The notes: generated by a model from the letters alone, not told the origin. Shown: positions 11,389 through 22,746, counted from the stretch's first letter. The stretch: 64,000 nt of DNA from Acidobacteriota bacterium (GCA_965248695.1 CBDFKD010000002.1:512001-576000), one strand, 5' to 3'. Numbers and translations: made by a program.

Positions 11389-11940
11389 CTAGCGGGCCGC
11401 GGCGTCGCGATCGCGCCACAACAGCAGGGCGGCAAACCCGGGGACGAACGCCACGCACCAGTACGCGAAGTTCCTCCAGTACAGCGGCCCGGGGGTGTGC
11501 GCGCCCAGCCAGATGTCGGAGATCATCCAGAAACCGAGCCCGGCCGTCAGCGCTGCGAGCACACCGCGGGTCACCGTACGCGATCCGGTCTCGGCACGGC
11601 TACTGGCGGTATTGCCGACGAACGCCAGCGCGACCCACAGGGCCATCCAGGCGACCACCATCGCGATCACTCCGATCACCGGAAACAGGAGATAGAAAAG
11701 CGCCGCGGCCAGGACGCCGACAAGCAGGCCGGCCAGGGCAGCGAACCCGTTGCGGCTCCCACCCGTGGCCCGCGCGATGACCAGACCCATGACCGCAAGC
11801 AACAATCCACCGTGAATCAGGCCGTAAAGCGCCTTGTGTTCGGGCACCGCCGCCGCCCAGAAAGCATCGGCGAAGGCGCTCGTAGCGGCCATCACCAGGG
11901 TGGCGACCAGGGTTTCTCGAAGTCCGTTGACAGCGCTCAT
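11389..11940 (-). CDS. Hypothetical multi-pass membrane protein
   Basis: About six hydrophobic segments; in operon context with the M24 peptidase. Confidence 0.7.
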   Translation of the reverse strand: MSAVNGLRETLVATLVMAATSAFADAFWAAAVPEHKALYGLIHGGLLLAVMGLVIARATGGSRNGFAALAGLLVGVLAAALFYLLFPVIGVIAMVVAWMALWVALAFVGNTASSRAETGSRTVTRGVLAALTAGLGFWMISDIWLGAHTPGPLYWRNFAYWCVAFVPGFAALLLWRDRDAAAR

Positions 11941-11950
11941 GGCAGGTACC

Positions 11951-13333
11951 TCAGTGGATCAGGTGCAGCTCGGTCTGCCGCCGCAGCGACCAACGCCGCT
12001 CACCGGCGGGCGTCACCTCCGCTTCCTCTTCCATCATCATGCGCACCGGCTGCCCGTCCCACTCCGCGACCGGAGTCGTAACCTGGAGCTCGGTAGAGAA
12101 CCACATGTTCGCCAGCACCGGTACGTCCCCACGGCCCGGGACGCCCTCCTGGTAGTCCCACAGTCCGATCAGCGGCCCGGCGCCGTGGCCGTGATCGCCG
12201 ATCGGGTGGGTGTACATGGTGCCGTCGAGCCCTTCCGCGTGCATGCGCTCGAGCACCTCGTAGAGTACCTCGTTGCCGGAGCGGCCTACGTGCATCTCTT
12301 CCAGGAGGATTTCCTGCAGCTGCTTGCTGTTTTCGAGCGCAGCTTGAAGCCCGGCGGGGGCATCCGTCTCGCCGTCGCGAAGCACGTAGCCCATGTGCTG
12401 GGTGTCGGTATTGAGGCGCATCACGGTGATTCCGAAGTCTGTATGCAGCACATCGCCGCGCTCGATCACTGGGTCAGAGCCGAGATCGGCGGCATCGGTT
12501 CCGCGTCGCTGGATGCTGACGGAGGGTTGAAACCAGGTACCGAAGCCGAGGTCGTGAACCCGCTGACGCATCCACCAGACGACGTCCTGAGTGCTGGTGA
12601 CCCCCGGCGTGATCACCGCGTTGGAAAACGCCGCACCGATGATCTCGTGCACGTAGGCCTGCATGCGCCGATAGACGGGCGTCATGCTGGGAACCCGCAG
12701 CGCCAGGTAATCGATCGCCAGCCGCGGGTTGGGCGCCACACGCCCGATGAGCTCGGGCCCGAGCGCCGACTGCATTTGTTCCCACTCGCCGGCAGTGAGG
12801 CCGTCCGCAAAGTTGTGCTCGTGGGCGATGTTGACCGCGATCACCTGCGGATCGCGGTCGCGAATCAGATCCGCGAGCAGCGTCCACTGCGAGCTTCCCC
12901 AGAGCTCCGCCTGGACGCCCTCACGACTGGTGGCGATGTTGGCGCGATACGCCTCGTACAGTCCGCCCTGCGATCCACCGCCCAGGGCCAATCGCTCGAC
13001 GCCACGCTCCGGGCCCAGGTCGGTAAAGACGTAGATCGTGCGCCGTCGTGCCGCGAAGCTCGTCGGTGCCACCAGGGCGCGAAAGACGGGGTCCTCGTTG
13101 TACTCGCGCATCGGAACGACCCACATGTCCACCCCGTGGTCGCGCATCACCAGGGGCAGATTGACGTCGAGTCGCTCCTGTACCCAGGTCTGCTGGATCG
13201 CCGCCTGTTCCTGCAAGGTGCCGAACGGTCGCGTAGTGCGAAAGCTCGGCTCCTGGGAAGCAGGCGTGGAAAGCGAGGCAGCAAGTGCCAGCGTCACTGC
13301 GGCGAAGCGAGTCATCTGTTTCCTCGGGTGCAC
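11951..13333 (-). CDS. M24 family (Xaa-Pro) metallopeptidase, secreted
   Basis: HTDFG, TDTQH, HPIGDHGH, STELQ, MMEEE metal ligands; signal peptide. Confidence 0.88.
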   Translation of the reverse strand: MHPRKQMTRFAAVTLALAASLSTPASQEPSFRTTRPFGTLQEQAAIQQTWVQERLDVNLPLVMRDHGVDMWVVPMREYNEDPVFRALVAPTSFAARRRTIYVFTDLGPERGVERLALGGGSQGGLYEAYRANIATSREGVQAELWGSSQWTLLADLIRDRDPQVIAVNIAHEHNFADGLTAGEWEQMQSALGPELIGRVAPNPRLAIDYLALRVPSMTPVYRRMQAYVHEIIGAAFSNAVITPGVTSTQDVVWWMRQRVHDLGFGTWFQPSVSIQRRGTDAADLGSDPVIERGDVLHTDFGITVMRLNTDTQHMGYVLRDGETDAPAGLQAALENSKQLQEILLEEMHVGRSGNEVLYEVLERMHAEGLDGTMYTHPIGDHGHGAGPLIGLWDYQEGVPGRGDVPVLANMWFSTELQVTTPVAEWDGQPVRMMMEEEAEVTPAGERRWSLRRQTELHLIH

Positions 13334-13466
13334 GTTGAGGGATATCGGTACTCACGGCTCGCCGGCGAGCGCCGGGCGCGCCCCGCTATCCAACCGCGCC
13401 GCGCCTCGACCTGCAAACGGCGTCCGCAGGGTCACCCCAGGTGGCGAGGAACAGCAGCGTCCGAAG

Positions 13467-16271
13467 CTACTCGACCCGCAAGGCTTCGACTGGATCCACT
13501 CTCGCGGCGCGGCGCGCCGGTAGGTACGCGGCACCAGCGGCGACCAGCAGCAATGTGATCGTCGCTGCGACCACGGTCGGCGGATCCATCGGCTCGAGCC
13601 CGTACAACGTGCTCTCCAGCAGCCGAGTCAACAACGCCGCCGCCACCAGCCCGAGGCCAACCCCGAGACACACGGTCACCAGCTCGCGCATGACGAGTCG
13701 GACGACATCGTTGGACCGCGCTCCGATTGCCATACGGATGCCGATCTCACGAGTCCGCCGAATCACGCTGTACGACAGGATGCCGTAGAGACCGATGCAG
13801 GAAAGCAGCAAGGCCACCGCTCCCAACGCCGTGGAGAGTCGCGCGAAATGGTGCTCACCCACGAGGTTCCGGTCCTGCTGCGCTCGCTGTGTGGAGATGC
13901 CGTACAACGGCACGTCCGGGTTGAGCTGACGTAGCGACTGTCGCATTTGCGGCACCAGGCTCAACGGATCGACCGCGACCCGGACCACGAAGGTCATGGG
14001 GCCGAGGTCTCTGACTCCCTGGCGGTAGAGAAGGTGGACCGCCGGCCATGCCTCATCGCGGAGATTCTGATATTTGACGTCTGGCACCACACCGACGATC
14101 TCGACGTCTCCGGCGTGCTCGATGTTGCCGAAGCCGACACGTCTTCCGACGGGGTTGACGCCTTCGAAGAAACGGTCGACCAGGGTCTGGTTGATCACTG
14201 CGACCGGCGCAGCTGACGGCCCGTCATGGTCGCCGAACAGGCGTCCCCGGATGGCACGGATCTCGAACGTCGAGAAGAAATCCACACCGACCACATTGAT
14301 GAAGGCATTCGTGCTCTCATCCTCGGCGGGTTGATAGTCCTCGATATACACCGTCGACGAGGTCATCGAGCCGCTCGCCGGCCCGTGGGCTACAACGCTG
14401 ACGGCCAACACTCCCGGTATTCGCTCGATCCCCCGCAGCGCTTCGTAGTAGAAACCAGCAAGCTCATCGCCCGCGTAACCGCTCAGACGCGGGTCGGCCC
14501 GGAACAGCAATACGTTGTCGGCGTCGTAACCTCGAGCCTCGCTCTCGAGACCCCGGACCGTGCCGATGAACAACCCCGCCACGACCAGCAGTACGAGCGA
14601 GGTAGCGACCTGGACCACAAGCAACGCCCGCGAGAGACCCAGCCGTTCGCGATGCCCCGCTGCCGCGGGCTCAGCTTTGAGCGCCGGCGCGAGATCCAAC
14701 CGCGACGAGCGCAACGCTGGTGCGATACCGAACAGGACACCGGTGAGAAGCGATGCCGCTGCGGTGAAAAAGAGCACGTTGGTGTCGAGGCGCACATCGA
14801 GAGCCATTTCCGAGCTATCGACAACTCCGAGGAAAAGCCCCCGCACCGCGAACGCGAGCAGCAACCCGAGCACACCCCCACAGCCTGCGAGCAGCACGCT
14901 TTCGGTCAGCAGTTGCCGCACCAGGCGCCCGCGGCTGGCACCAAGTGATCGCCGCACGGCGATCTCGCGGCGTCGTGCTCCCGATCGTGCCAGCAACAGG
15001 TTGGCGAGGTTCGCGCAGGCAATCAGCAACACGGCTCCGACCACTGCACCCAACGTCAGTAACGGCTGCACCATCAGGCTTCGCTGCTCGGTCATTCCAC
15101 GGCCGCCCGGAACCGCACGGGCATCCGGAACGGGCTGACCGGCTTCGAGGTCGGCCTCCACTGACTGGCCCAGGACGAGATCGGCAACCGCCTCGGCCTG
15201 TTCGATCGTGCCTCCCGGACCCAACCTCCCCATGATCCGTAGCCACCAGTAGTCGCCCCGATCGAGCAGCTCTCGATTGCGCATCACCAGAGCTTGATGA
15301 ACCAGTGGCACCGTGACCTGGGGCACCGTCCCGACCTGCAACGCTCCTTCGAATGCCGGCGGCGTTACGCCGACGATGGTGAAAGCGGCGCCATTCACGA
15401 AGATCGTCTGCCCGAGCACCTCGGACTCGCCACCGAACCGACGCTGCCAATATCCATACGACAAGACAGCCGCCGGCTCGGCGTCGGGATCAGCGTCAGC
15501 CGGGCCCAGCAACCGGCCCAGCTCGGGTCGGACGCCGAGCATCGAGTAGTAGCTCGCCGACACCACTTGTCCGCTGCCGAGATCCGCCTCGCCTCGAAAT
15601 CTGGCGTTGATGCGATACAACGGCGCGAACGCGGCGAGCTCTACGAACGGCGTGTCAGCAGCTCGCAGACGTTGATACATTAGATGGGAGAAAGACGAGC
15701 TCTCACTGCGGCCCGAGTCACCGCGGATCATCCAGCCATTTATGGAAATGTCGGGACTCTCACCGGACTCGTGCACCAGCCAGTGCAGCACGACGAGATC
15801 CTCGGGGCGCTCAACCGGGAGCCGGCGCAGCAAGGCTGCATCGACAATGCTGAAGATCGCCGTGTTTGCGCCGATTCCGAGCGCCAGCGACAGCACCGCG
15901 ATCACCGTGAAGCCGGGGCTCTTGCGCAACATACGAAGTGCATACGCAACGTCCTTGACGAACGCGTCCAGATCACTCGAGAGCAGCGATTCATCGGATG
16001 GGAGCAACCCACCGGCTCCCGGAAGCTGGCGTCCGCGCACCGAGCGAAGTCGCAAGCGCAGATCATCCCAGCGCGCGCCCAATCCGTTGCGCAGCAGGTC
16101 CCATGCGGTCCGTGCCCGACCCGCCTGTCGAACATCCCGGTAGAGTTCCCCGAGATCGCGGCCGAGGCCGGCGCGAAATCGTCGCGGGAAGGCCAACAGG
16201 CAGATTCGGAACAGCAAGGTTGCCGGCGGCGCGGTCGCTCCACCGCGAGTTGGATGAGTCGGCCCGCTCAC
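13467..16271 (-). CDS. ADOP-type duplicated MacB/FtsX ABC permease
   Basis: [58 protein letters not shown]. Confidence 0.93.
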   Translation of the reverse strand: MSGPTHPTRGGATAPPATLLFRICLLAFPRRFRAGLGRDLGELYRDVRQAGRARTAWDLLRNGLGARWDDLRLRLRSVRGRQLPGAGGLLPSDESLLSSDLDAFVKDVAYALRMLRKSPGFTVIAVLSLALGIGANTAIFSIVDAALLRRLPVERPEDLVVLHWLVHESGESPDISINGWMIRGDSGRSESSSFSHLMYQRLRAADTPFVELAAFAPLYRINARFRGEADLGSGQVVSASYYSMLGVRPELGRLLGPADADPDAEPAAVLSYGYWQRRFGGESEVLGQTIFVNGAAFTIVGVTPPAFEGALQVGTVPQVTVPLVHQALVMRNRELLDRGDYWWLRIMGRLGPGGTIEQAEAVADLVLGQSVEADLEAGQPVPDARAVPGGRGMTEQRSLMVQPLLTLGAVVGAVLLIACANLANLLLARSGARRREIAVRRSLGASRGRLVRQLLTESVLLAGCGGVLGLLLAFAVRGLFLGVVDSSEMALDVRLDTNVLFFTAAASLLTGVLFGIAPALRSSRLDLAPALKAEPAAAGHRERLGLSRALLVVQVATSLVLLVVAGLFIGTVRGLESEARGYDADNVLLFRADPRLSGYAGDELAGFYYEALRGIERIPGVLAVSVVAHGPASGSMTSSTVYIEDYQPAEDESTNAFINVVGVDFFSTFEIRAIRGRLFGDHDGPSAAPVAVINQTLVDRFFEGVNPVGRRVGFGNIEHAGDVEIVGVVPDVKYQNLRDEAWPAVHLLYRQGVRDLGPMTFVVRVAVDPLSLVPQMRQSLRQLNPDVPLYGISTQRAQQDRNLVGEHHFARLSTALGAVALLLSCIGLYGILSYSVIRRTREIGIRMAIGARSNDVVRLVMRELVTVCLGVGLGLVAAALLTRLLESTLYGLEPMDPPTVVAATITLLLVAAGAAYLPARRAARVDPVEALRVE

Positions 16272-16609
16272 GAGGTCGTACCCGAGTCTGACTCGGTTGC
16301 CAACACCCTTGCCGACACGTTTGCCATCAAGCTCGCTTCCGCCACTGCCACCCGCTTGCCGCTCTCGGTAATGCGGTAGTAGGTGCGACGCGCGTCGCCG
16401 CCGCCCACCTCGGACCGACCAGCCGACTCCAGGAGCCCGGCGCGCTGCATGCGGTACAGAACCCGATACACATCGCCGGGACGAAGCTGTACTCGGCCCC
16501 CGCTGAGTTCATCGATGGCTCGAACGATCCCATAGCCATGAAGAGGCTCGCTCTGCAGCACGGCGAGAACCAGGAAGTCGACCTGGCGCAGGGTCTTGGG
16601 CGTCGTCAT
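16268..16609 (-). CDS. PadR family transcriptional regulator
   Basis: [23 protein letters not shown]; stop overlaps the permease start. Confidence 0.92.
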   Translation of the reverse strand: MTTPKTLRQVDFLVLAVLQSEPLHGYGIVRAIDELSGGRVQLRPGDVYRVLYRMQRAGLLESAGRSEVGGGDARRTYYRITESGKRVAVAEASLMANVSARVLATESDSGTTS

Positions 16610-16660
16610 TCAGTCTCCTCCCGATCGGAGGCCCGGAGGCGCGGCAAGGCGGATGCGCCA

Positions 16661-16688
16661 ACTATACGTATTTTTCGTATATGCGCAA
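16661..16688 (-). promoter_or_regulatory. Sigma70-like promoter with embedded inverted repeat (probable PadR operator)
   Basis: Minus strand TTGCGC-16 bp-TATAGT; inverted repeat TATACG-N7-CGTATA at 16663-16681. Confidence 0.6.
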
Positions 16689-16689
16689 G

Positions 16690-17649
16690 CTACGTATAGC
16701 GACCGAGCTCGACCGGTGGACTCAGCGGCCGCGCGAAGATATCCAGGCCGGTGAGCCGCTCGTGCAGCTGCTGAAACTCCCGGTCATGCAAGGAGCGCAG
16801 CGGCAGGCGCACGATGCCGCAGTCGACGCCGAGCATCGACAACAGAGCCTTGCTGGCGCGGACCGCGCCGAACTCCTGCAGAACCCGTCCCAGGTGGAGC
16901 GTCTTGGCATGCTCGGCGCGAGCGGTTTCGATGTCGCCGGCCATGAAGGCGGCCTCGATGCGTCGATACAGCGGCGCGGCGAACCCGATGGAACCACCGA
17001 CGGCGCCGCGGGCGCCCAGCGCCAGCGCCGGCAACCAGCTCTCCTCGCTGCCGACCAGCACGTCGAAGTCGCCTTCGAGTTGCTGACAGCGGGCGAACGT
17101 CTTCAGATCCGATGAGGTGAGGTTGACGCCTGCCAGGTTCGGAATCCGTAGTCGCCCCCACTCGAGCACCTGCTCGGTGGGGAAGCACACACCGTTGCGC
17201 TCTGGGACGTCGTAGAAGAAGAACGGCATTTCCGGTACCGCGGCGGCCACGGCAGCGAGGTACTCGATGAGCTCCTCGAGCGTCGCCGGCGGATAGTAAG
17301 CTGGCGCCATGGCAGCTACAGCCGTCGCGCCCGCCGTACCGGCGTGCTCGGCGAGCCGGACGGCGTCACGCAGTGAGCTGTGGCCGACGTGGGCGATCAG
17401 GGGCACCTCGCCGTCGGTTACCCCTACCCACGTCTCGAGCACGGCCTGTCGCTCGGCCACCGACAACGAGTGGCCTTCTCCCTCGATGCCACAGACGAAG
17501 ACCCCGCCAATCCCTGCATCGCGGAACAGGTCGTACTGCCGCTGTATCACGCTGCCGTTGAATCGACCGACGTCGTTGAACGGTGTATGCGCCGACGCGA
17601 ACAGGCCAGAGAAAGCCGATCCCTTGGCGCCGCCTCGTGCCTCGTTCAA
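16690..17649 (-). CDS. DHDPS/N-acetylneuraminate lyase family protein with substituted catalytic residues
   Basis: TPF, GxxGEG, IAHVG, YxxP, GA.GAVG fold motifs; Schiff-base Lys position reads N. Confidence 0.85.
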   Translation of the reverse strand: MNEARGGAKGSAFSGLFASAHTPFNDVGRFNGSVIQRQYDLFRDAGIGGVFVCGIEGEGHSLSVAERQAVLETWVGVTDGEVPLIAHVGHSSLRDAVRLAEHAGTAGATAVAAMAPAYYPPATLEELIEYLAAVAAAVPEMPFFFYDVPERNGVCFPTEQVLEWGRLRIPNLAGVNLTSSDLKTFARCQQLEGDFDVLVGSEESWLPALALGARGAVGGSIGFAAPLYRRIEAAFMAGDIETARAEHAKTLHLGRVLQEFGAVRASKALLSMLGVDCGIVRLPLRSLHDREFQQLHERLTGLDIFARPLSPPVELGRYT

Positions 17650-17668
17650 CTGGCCCCCGGCACGCTGC

Positions 17669-18091
17669 TCAGCGTGGCTGTCGTGCCACGATCGTGGCCT
17701 CGGTCTCGATCACTGGACCGTCCTCAGCCGCGAAATCGTCTCGCTCGCCGAACCACCTCGCTGACACTCGTTCGGCTCGCAGACGCATCTCCGGAGTGAC
17801 CGAGGCAGCAACCGCCGCCAGCGCCATGACGAGCACCCCGAGGTCATCGCTGTAGCCCAGCCCCGGAATCAGGTCCGGGATAGCGTCGATCGGAGAGATG
17901 AAATAGCCCAGCGCGCCGATGACGGCCGTCCTCGCCCACACCGGAGCCTGCGGGTCGCGCAGCACCTGGTACAGCAGCACCGCTTTCTCGACCACTTCGC
18001 GACCAGCGGCGCGCGCATAGCGCGCCAGCTTGGCCGTGAGAGCCTCCGGCGAATACACCTCTCGATAGGCAGAAGTGGAATCGTCACCCAT
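17669..18091 (-). CDS. YkvA/DUF1232 family protein
   Basis: ALGYFISPIDAIPDLIPGLGYSDDLGVL. Confidence 0.92.
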   Translation of the reverse strand: MGDDSTSAYREVYSPEALTAKLARYARAAGREVVEKAVLLYQVLRDPQAPVWARTAVIGALGYFISPIDAIPDLIPGLGYSDDLGVLVMALAAVAASVTPEMRLRAERVSARWFGERDDFAAEDGPVIETEATIVARQPR

Positions 18092-18155
18092 AGCTCAAGC
18101 CTACCATCTGACCTACGCCCCGGATCGGGGACTCATTCGACGTCGCGCCTGAGCC

Positions 18156-19202
18156 TCATGGTCTCAACACCACCTTGGTGTAGCCGTCCCGGCGCTCGTC
18201 AAAGCTCCGATACGCTTCGGGGCCTTCGGACAGCGGCAACCTATGGGAGATCACCCGGGCAATGTCGAGCTCTCGATCGCGCACGATCGGTGCGAGTCGC
18301 TCCATATAGGCACGCGCCGGGCAGCGGCCAACCCGGTAGGTCAAGTTCTTGTCATAGGCCTCGACGGGGCTGAACGGGAAAGTATCGTCGGTGTGGACGC
18401 CGACCACCGAGATGGTGCCGCCTGGACGCACGAGCTCGATGGCCATTCGGGCCGCCTTGTAGGTGCCGGCTGCCTCCATCACAGAATCGGCGCCGCGACC
18501 GTCGGCGCTGTCGCGAACGGCGCGCACCGGATCCTCGGCCTTGAAGTCGATCGGCACCGCGCCGACCTCGCGCGCCAGATCGAGTCTTTCGGGGACGGAG
18601 TCGATGGCATAGATCATTTCCGCGCCGAGCTCCTGCGCCGCCAGGATCGCCAGAATGCCGACCGGGCCGCATCCCACAACCGCGTAGACACCACCGGGCT
18701 CGATCTGCGCCATCTCGGCACAGAAGTACGCAGTGGAGAAAACATCTCCGAGCAACAGCGCCTGTTCGTCGGTCACCCCCTCGGGAATCCGCAGCAAGGT
18801 CGAGTCCGCCAGCGGCACTCGCACGAGCTCCGCCTGGCCGCCCTGCAATCCCTCGCCCATCCCGACCCAACCGAACAGCTGGCCGCGTGGGCAGCGGCTG
18901 GTCAGACCCGACAGACAGTACGAGCACTGCCCGCAGCTCGTGGTGAACGGGCTGAAGACGCGGTCGCCGGTGCTCAGACCGCCGACCTCGGCACCGGTCT
19001 CGACGATCTCACCGACGAACTCATGGCCCATCACCGTGCCGATATCGAGACCCTCTTCGCGCTCGTTGTACGGATGAAGGTCGGAGCCACATACGCCGGC
19101 GATATCGACCTTCACGATGACGTCGGTGGGGGCATCGATTGCCGGGTCGGCCACCGTTTCGTGCACCGCCGTACGGTAGCCGCCGAACGTAATCGCTTTC
19201 AT
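18156..19202 (-). CDS. Zn-dependent alcohol dehydrogenase (FDH-like)
   Basis: CGSDLH, GHEFVG, CGQCSYC...C, GCGPVG. Confidence 0.93.
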   Translation of the reverse strand: MKAITFGGYRTAVHETVADPAIDAPTDVIVKVDIAGVCGSDLHPYNEREEGLDIGTVMGHEFVGEIVETGAEVGGLSTGDRVFSPFTTSCGQCSYCLSGLTSRCPRGQLFGWVGMGEGLQGGQAELVRVPLADSTLLRIPEGVTDEQALLLGDVFSTAYFCAEMAQIEPGGVYAVVGCGPVGILAILAAQELGAEMIYAIDSVPERLDLAREVGAVPIDFKAEDPVRAVRDSADGRGADSVMEAAGTYKAARMAIELVRPGGTISVVGVHTDDTFPFSPVEAYDKNLTYRVGRCPARAYMERLAPIVRDRELDIARVISHRLPLSEGPEAYRSFDERRDGYTKVVLRP

Positions 19203-19353
19203 CCGCGTTCAACTCGACCGGGTCGTTGCAATCTGGTCGCGGACGGCCCCGGCGAGACTCCGCAACGCTGTCTGGCACGGATCATAGGGTACCGAGTTGC
19301 CATCGCAAGAGGATCCGCCGATCGAAACCGGCCTCATTTGTAAGGCGCACTCC

Positions 19354-20850
19354 TCAGAGACGCAGCCCACGCGGCACGATCATGCGCTCTACCAGGTCGA
19401 ACGCCCCCTGGACCAGCAGCGCGAGAACTGCCGCTGGTACCGCCCCCTCGAGAATGAGCGTCGTGTCGTTGAGACGAATACCAGCGAGAATCGGCTGCCC
19501 GTAGCCACCGGCCCCGATCAGCGCGCCGAGCGTCGCCGTTCCAACGTTGATCACCGCGGCGGTCTTGATGCCGGCGAGGATCGAGCGCGAGGCGATGGGC
19601 AGCTCGACGCGCCACAGGCGCGCCCGGCGCGGCAGCCCGAGAGCATCGGCCGACTCCAGCAGCCCCAAGGGGATTGATGTCAGCCCGGTGGCGGTATTGC
19701 GGACGATCGGTAGCAAGCTGTATAGAAACAGCGCCACGATGGCGGGCGGCGCGCCGATGCCGAGCAGCGGTATCAGAAAAACTAGCAACGCCAGCGATGG
19801 GATCGTCTGCAGCACGCCGGCGGCGCTGAGCACGAACCGACCGATGGCCGGACGACGCGCCGCCAGCGTTCCCAGCGGTAGCGCCACCAGGATCGCCGCC
19901 GCCAGCGACACCACCACCAGGCCGAGATGGTCCCGCGTGTTGACCCACAGCCGATCACCGAACCCGGCAGCGACTCGATCTGCCGTCACGCCTAGCCTGG
20001 TTTGCAGAAAGCCGACGGCGACGTCCGTCTCCGGTCGGCGCTCAATCTGGGAGGCGGCGTTCATTCCGACGATCGCCTCGGTGTCGATGCTGCCCTGCAA
20101 GCGCTCGATGGCTTCGACCACCTCCGGGGCCGATTCCAGCGCGGCTCGATAGAGGATCACGGCCCTGTAGTCAGGGAAGTAGGCGCGATCATCGCCCAAC
20201 ACGCGCAGGTCGTAGTGGCGAATCTCCGCATCGGTGGAATACAGGTCGGTGACGTCGAGCTCCTCGGCTTCGAGCCCGCGATAGGCGAGGTCATGGTTGA
20301 GCCCGCGAACGTCCCGATGTGGCAATGCGTAGCGCTGGCGTAGGCCAGGCCAGGCATCCTGTCGCTCCATGAACCCGTCCGAGAACCCGATTCGCAACTC
20401 GGGATGGCTCGCGAGATCGCTGATCGTTTCAATGCCGAGCGGCTCGGCGACACGCCGCAACATGCCGATCGCATAGGTGTTGTCGAACCCCAGCGGCGCG
20501 CTCATTCGCACCCCGTCGGCCGCCACTGCCTCGCGGAGCGACGCGAGGTCGGTCCCCACCCGGCCGCCGAAGATCTCTTCTCCAAGGGTTCCGGTGTACT
20601 CGACGTAGGTGTCGATCTCGTTGGCCAGCAACGCGCTCCAAAGCACCCGGCTACCGCCGAGCTGACGCCGGTGCTCGACGCTGGCTCCGACCGAAACGAA
20701 CAATCCCGCCATGATCTCGCCGAGGATGACGCTCTCGGTGAAGGCCTTCGAGCCCACCACGACTTGGGGGCCGGACGTAGCGGCGCTATCCATGCATGCC
20801 GAGCCTACGATCAGCATCGCGAGCAACCCGCCGCCGAACCGTCGACTCAC
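19354..20850 (-). CDS. Osmoprotectant ABC transporter, fused substrate-binding and permease protein
   Basis: GSKAFTES, EYTGT, NTYA; QTIPSLAL, ESADALG (EAA loop), GAGGYG. Confidence 0.92.
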   Translation of the reverse strand: MSRRFGGGLLAMLIVGSACMDSAATSGPQVVVGSKAFTESVILGEIMAGLFVSVGASVEHRRQLGGSRVLWSALLANEIDTYVEYTGTLGEEIFGGRVGTDLASLREAVAADGVRMSAPLGFDNTYAIGMLRRVAEPLGIETISDLASHPELRIGFSDGFMERQDAWPGLRQRYALPHRDVRGLNHDLAYRGLEAEELDVTDLYSTDAEIRHYDLRVLGDDRAYFPDYRAVILYRAALESAPEVVEAIERLQGSIDTEAIVGMNAASQIERRPETDVAVGFLQTRLGVTADRVAAGFGDRLWVNTRDHLGLVVVSLAAAILVALPLGTLAARRPAIGRFVLSAAGVLQTIPSLALLVFLIPLLGIGAPPAIVALFLYSLLPIVRNTATGLTSIPLGLLESADALGLPRRARLWRVELPIASRSILAGIKTAAVINVGTATLGALIGAGGYGQPILAGIRLNDTTLILEGAVPAAVLALLVQGAFDLVERMIVPRGLRL

Positions 20851-21593
20851 GAGCAGTCCTCGGTGGCTTGCAAGTACCGCTGGGCACGGACGAACTCGCG
20901 AACGAAATCGGTCGCCGGAGAGGACAGAAGCTCCGCGGCGGTGGCCACCTGCTCGACACGGCCGCGGCGCAGCAAGACGATCTGGTCGGCCAGATAGACG
21001 GCCTCCGCGAGGTCGTGGGTTACGAGCACGACCGTGGTCTCGAGGCGCCGGAAGATACCCCGCAGATCCTCCTGCAGATCGGATCGGATCATCGGGTCAA
21101 GAGCAGCCATCGGCTCGTCGAGCAGCAGCACCTCGGGCTCCAACATGAGTGCGCGCATGAGCGAGATGCGTTGCGCCTGTCCCCCGGAAAGCTCGACAGG
21201 GAAACGCTCCAGCAGCCCGGGTCTCAGCCGTGTCAAATCGGCCAGCTCCTCCAGTCGGCGATCGATGCGGTCCGTTTCCCAGTCTAGAAAGCGCGCCATC
21301 AGCGTGATGTTCTCGGATGCCGTCAGGTGCGGAAACAGTCCGCCATCCTGGATCACGTAGCCCATTCGACGGCGCAGCTCGTTTACGTTGGTGCTCGTCA
21401 GACGCTCGCCGTCGAACCACACTTCACCCGTATCGGGAAACAGGAGACCGTTGAGCAGCCGAAGCAGGGTCGACTTGCCGCAGCCGCTGGGGCCGATGAG
21501 CGCCGTCGTTTGGCTGCGCGGCAACTTCAGGTGCGTCGCCTGCAGCGCAACGGTGTCACCGAACCGCTTGCTGGCGCCCTCGAGATTCAGCAT
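20847..21593 (-). CDS. Osmoprotectant ABC transporter ATP-binding protein
   Basis: GPSGCGKST, LSGGQ, LLLDEP, VTHD. Confidence 0.95.
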   Translation of the reverse strand: MLNLEGASKRFGDTVALQATHLKLPRSQTTALIGPSGCGKSTLLRLLNGLLFPDTGEVWFDGERLTSTNVNELRRRMGYVIQDGGLFPHLTASENITLMARFLDWETDRIDRRLEELADLTRLRPGLLERFPVELSGGQAQRISLMRALMLEPEVLLLDEPMAALDPMIRSDLQEDLRGIFRRLETTVVLVTHDLAEAVYLADQIVLLRRGRVEQVATAAELLSSPATDFVREFVRAQRYLQATEDCS

Positions 21594-21639
21594 CGACCAG
21601 GCTCTCTCCTGACGGGCCGCACCGCGCGCCGTATCCGCG

Positions 21640-21876
21640 TCAGTCGTCGCGTACCCAATCGAAGCTCGTCCGACACGCCCTGCAGTGATACTGCGCCACC
21701 ATCATGTGGCATCCGTAGATCGACACCGGCTCGGTGTCCAGGCTGTCACAGAAAACGCAGCACACCGCTGGCATGGCGTCACGGGGCACCACCGACTCGT
21801 GGCGAGGGGACTTCGCCGTCAGCCTCACGACCTTGCCGGCAGCCGACTCCGACACTGGTAGCCTGTTGCCGGCCAC
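21640..21876 (-). CDS. PaaD-like C-terminal zinc-ribbon protein (stand-alone)
   Basis: C.FCDS..T..VS.YG......YHCRACRTSFDWVR; coupled to paaC. Confidence 0.75.
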   Translation of the reverse strand: MAGNRLPVSESAAGKVVRLTAKSPRHESVVPRDAMPAVCCVFCDSLDTEPVSIYGCHMMVAQYHCRACRTSFDWVRDD

Positions 21877-22715
21877 TAGTCGGCCACGCCGATGGCGCGC
21901 GCGTGAGCGCCGGTGAGCATGGCGAACGACTCGGCGTCGAAGTCCGGCGTACCGATGCGCCGCGTGCTCTCGTTCCAGTTGCCCCAGTCGATGTCGCAGC
22001 CAACGGTTCCGACCTCGTTCTCGTCGACCGGCAAGCGCACCTTGCCGGCGAACAACGGTGTGATCACCTCCAAGTAGCGGTCGCGCAGGGGACGCGCGCC
22101 GACGTCGATCACATCAGCTGCTGCGAGTCGGTCGAGCGCGTTATCTCCATCGCGGCCAAACCACGCCACGCACTGGGGAAAAACGGTGGTGGCGGCAGCG
22201 CGAACCGCCTCGACGATGTGGTCAGGACCATCGAGCAATCGCTCCATCCACGCCCGCGCGTGCAGTGAGTGGTAACTCTCCTCGGAAACCGCCTTCCTCA
22301 GCCGCTGAGCCAGCAGCCGCACGTTACCGGCGGTTGCCGCCTCGAGATTCACGGTGAGGAGATTGTCGATCAACGCGTTGAGCACAACGACCTCCGCCCA
22401 GCCCCTGGCAGGGCGGTCGAGGGCCGCCAGGCATCTCCAGGCGTCGGCGTCCTCGCGTCGCAGCTCGGTGCGCGGATCCTCGGGCAACTCGGCGAGGACC
22501 CCGCGTAACAAGCGGGCGTGGCCGAGCTCGTATTGCGCCATCGCCGAAATCGACACGTTGGCCTCGAGCTCGGGCGCGCCAGTACACCACTCCGCATAGC
22601 GGAGCCCGAGCACCCGTTTGTTGTCGGCCAGCGCAAGCAGCCAATCGGCCAGGTCACGGCGAACGCTCGCCGGCAAGTCGCCGGGGCGCTCGACTGCGCT
22701 CACGCTCGGCTCCAC
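21876..22715 (-). CDS. paaC: Phenylacetyl-CoA epoxidase subunit PaaC-like
   Basis: LLALADNKRVLG.RY.EWC.GAPELE, ELGHAR, EESYH. Confidence 0.85.
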   Translation of the reverse strand: MEPSVSAVERPGDLPASVRRDLADWLLALADNKRVLGLRYAEWCTGAPELEANVSISAMAQYELGHARLLRGVLAELPEDPRTELRREDADAWRCLAALDRPARGWAEVVVLNALIDNLLTVNLEAATAGNVRLLAQRLRKAVSEESYHSLHARAWMERLLDGPDHIVEAVRAAATTVFPQCVAWFGRDGDNALDRLAAADVIDVGARPLRDRYLEVITPLFAGKVRLPVDENEVGTVGCDIDWGNWNESTRRIGTPDFDAESFAMLTGAHARAIGVAD

Positions 22716-22746
22716 CGCCGGACAAGCGGTGCACCGATGCGGACGA

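Noticed and set aside
11834-13558. Long antisense ORFs (e.g. 574 aa here, 481 aa at 62319-63764)
   Set aside because: Shadow frames opposite real genes, expected in high-GC DNA; no motifs
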